From assembly GCA_036380955.1 (NCBI GenBank), contig DASVDT010000134.1, forward strand, positions 12,571-76,570: DNA of 64,000 nucleotides, read 5' to 3'. Source of the DNA: Candidatus Limnocylindria bacterium (GTDB lineage Bacteria > Chloroflexota > Limnocylindria > QHBO01). Positions 63,974 through 64,000 of this stretch are shown here, piece after piece. Positions within the stretch are counted from its first letter, which is position 1. Each line of letters starts with the position of its first letter. Under the pieces are notes generated by a model, which was not told the DNA's origin, did not search any database, and saw only the letters and a program-made list of their open reading frames with translations. A program made the position numbers and the translations under genes.

Positions 63974-64000
63974 CGCTCGAGCTCGCGGTGGAAGACGGTG
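63970..64000 (-). CDS. 3-prime end of a gene, probably rapZ/yvcJ (partial, runs off the window)
   Basis: The last 9 codons read TVFHRELER-stop and overlap the yvcK ATG by 4 nt. The call rests on conserved yvcJ-yvcK-whiA synteny and an HR(D/E)L-like C-terminus only. Confidence 0.35.
   Translation of the reverse strand, partial: TVFHRELER

Overview
High-GC bacterial chromosome segment, roughly 70-80% GC in the core stretches I hand-counted. The lineage cannot be fixed from sequence alone; gene content (whiA, yvcK, a T-box, yceD-rpmF-plsX, acpP-rnc-smc-ftsY-ffh) fits a Chloroflexota/Thermomicrobia-like or Actinomycetota-like organism. Positions 57-37715 form an almost uninterrupted minus-strand housekeeping block: ffh, ftsY, smc, rnc, acpP, nusB, plsX, rpmF, yceD, coaD, rsmD, recG, dtd, rpe, rlmN, fmt, def, priA, gmk, rluD, lspA, ileS, ilvE, rpsR, ssb, rpsF. 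Many of these genes are joined by 1-, 4- or 8-nt start/stop overlaps. An ileS T-box leader sits at about 29.6-29.9 kb. The accessory part lies at 40.1-55.5 kb. An intact tRNA-Gln (55423-55496) has its 3-prime 50 nt repeated perfectly at 41948-41997 and in diverged form at 40121-40170, right next to tRNA-Cys. These repeats delimit two tandem integrated elements. The first is a 1.8-kb remnant carrying a fluoride riboswitch, crcB, a DUF190 gene and a truncated tyrosine integrase. The second is a 13.4-kb lower-GC island. It encodes a GntR regulator with a palindromic operator, a BMP-type ABC importer, three arginase-fold ureohydrolase paralogues, a creatininase-family hydrolase, two amidohydrolases and a quinone-oxidoreductase-like dehydrogenase. 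I read this island as a candidate, uncharacterised guanidino or cyclic-amidine catabolic system. The right end (55.5-64 kb) holds tRNA clusters, htpX-lemA, secG, gpmI, tpiA, whiA and yvcK. Most long ORFs in the six-frame track that run antisense to these genes are high-GC shadow ORFs.
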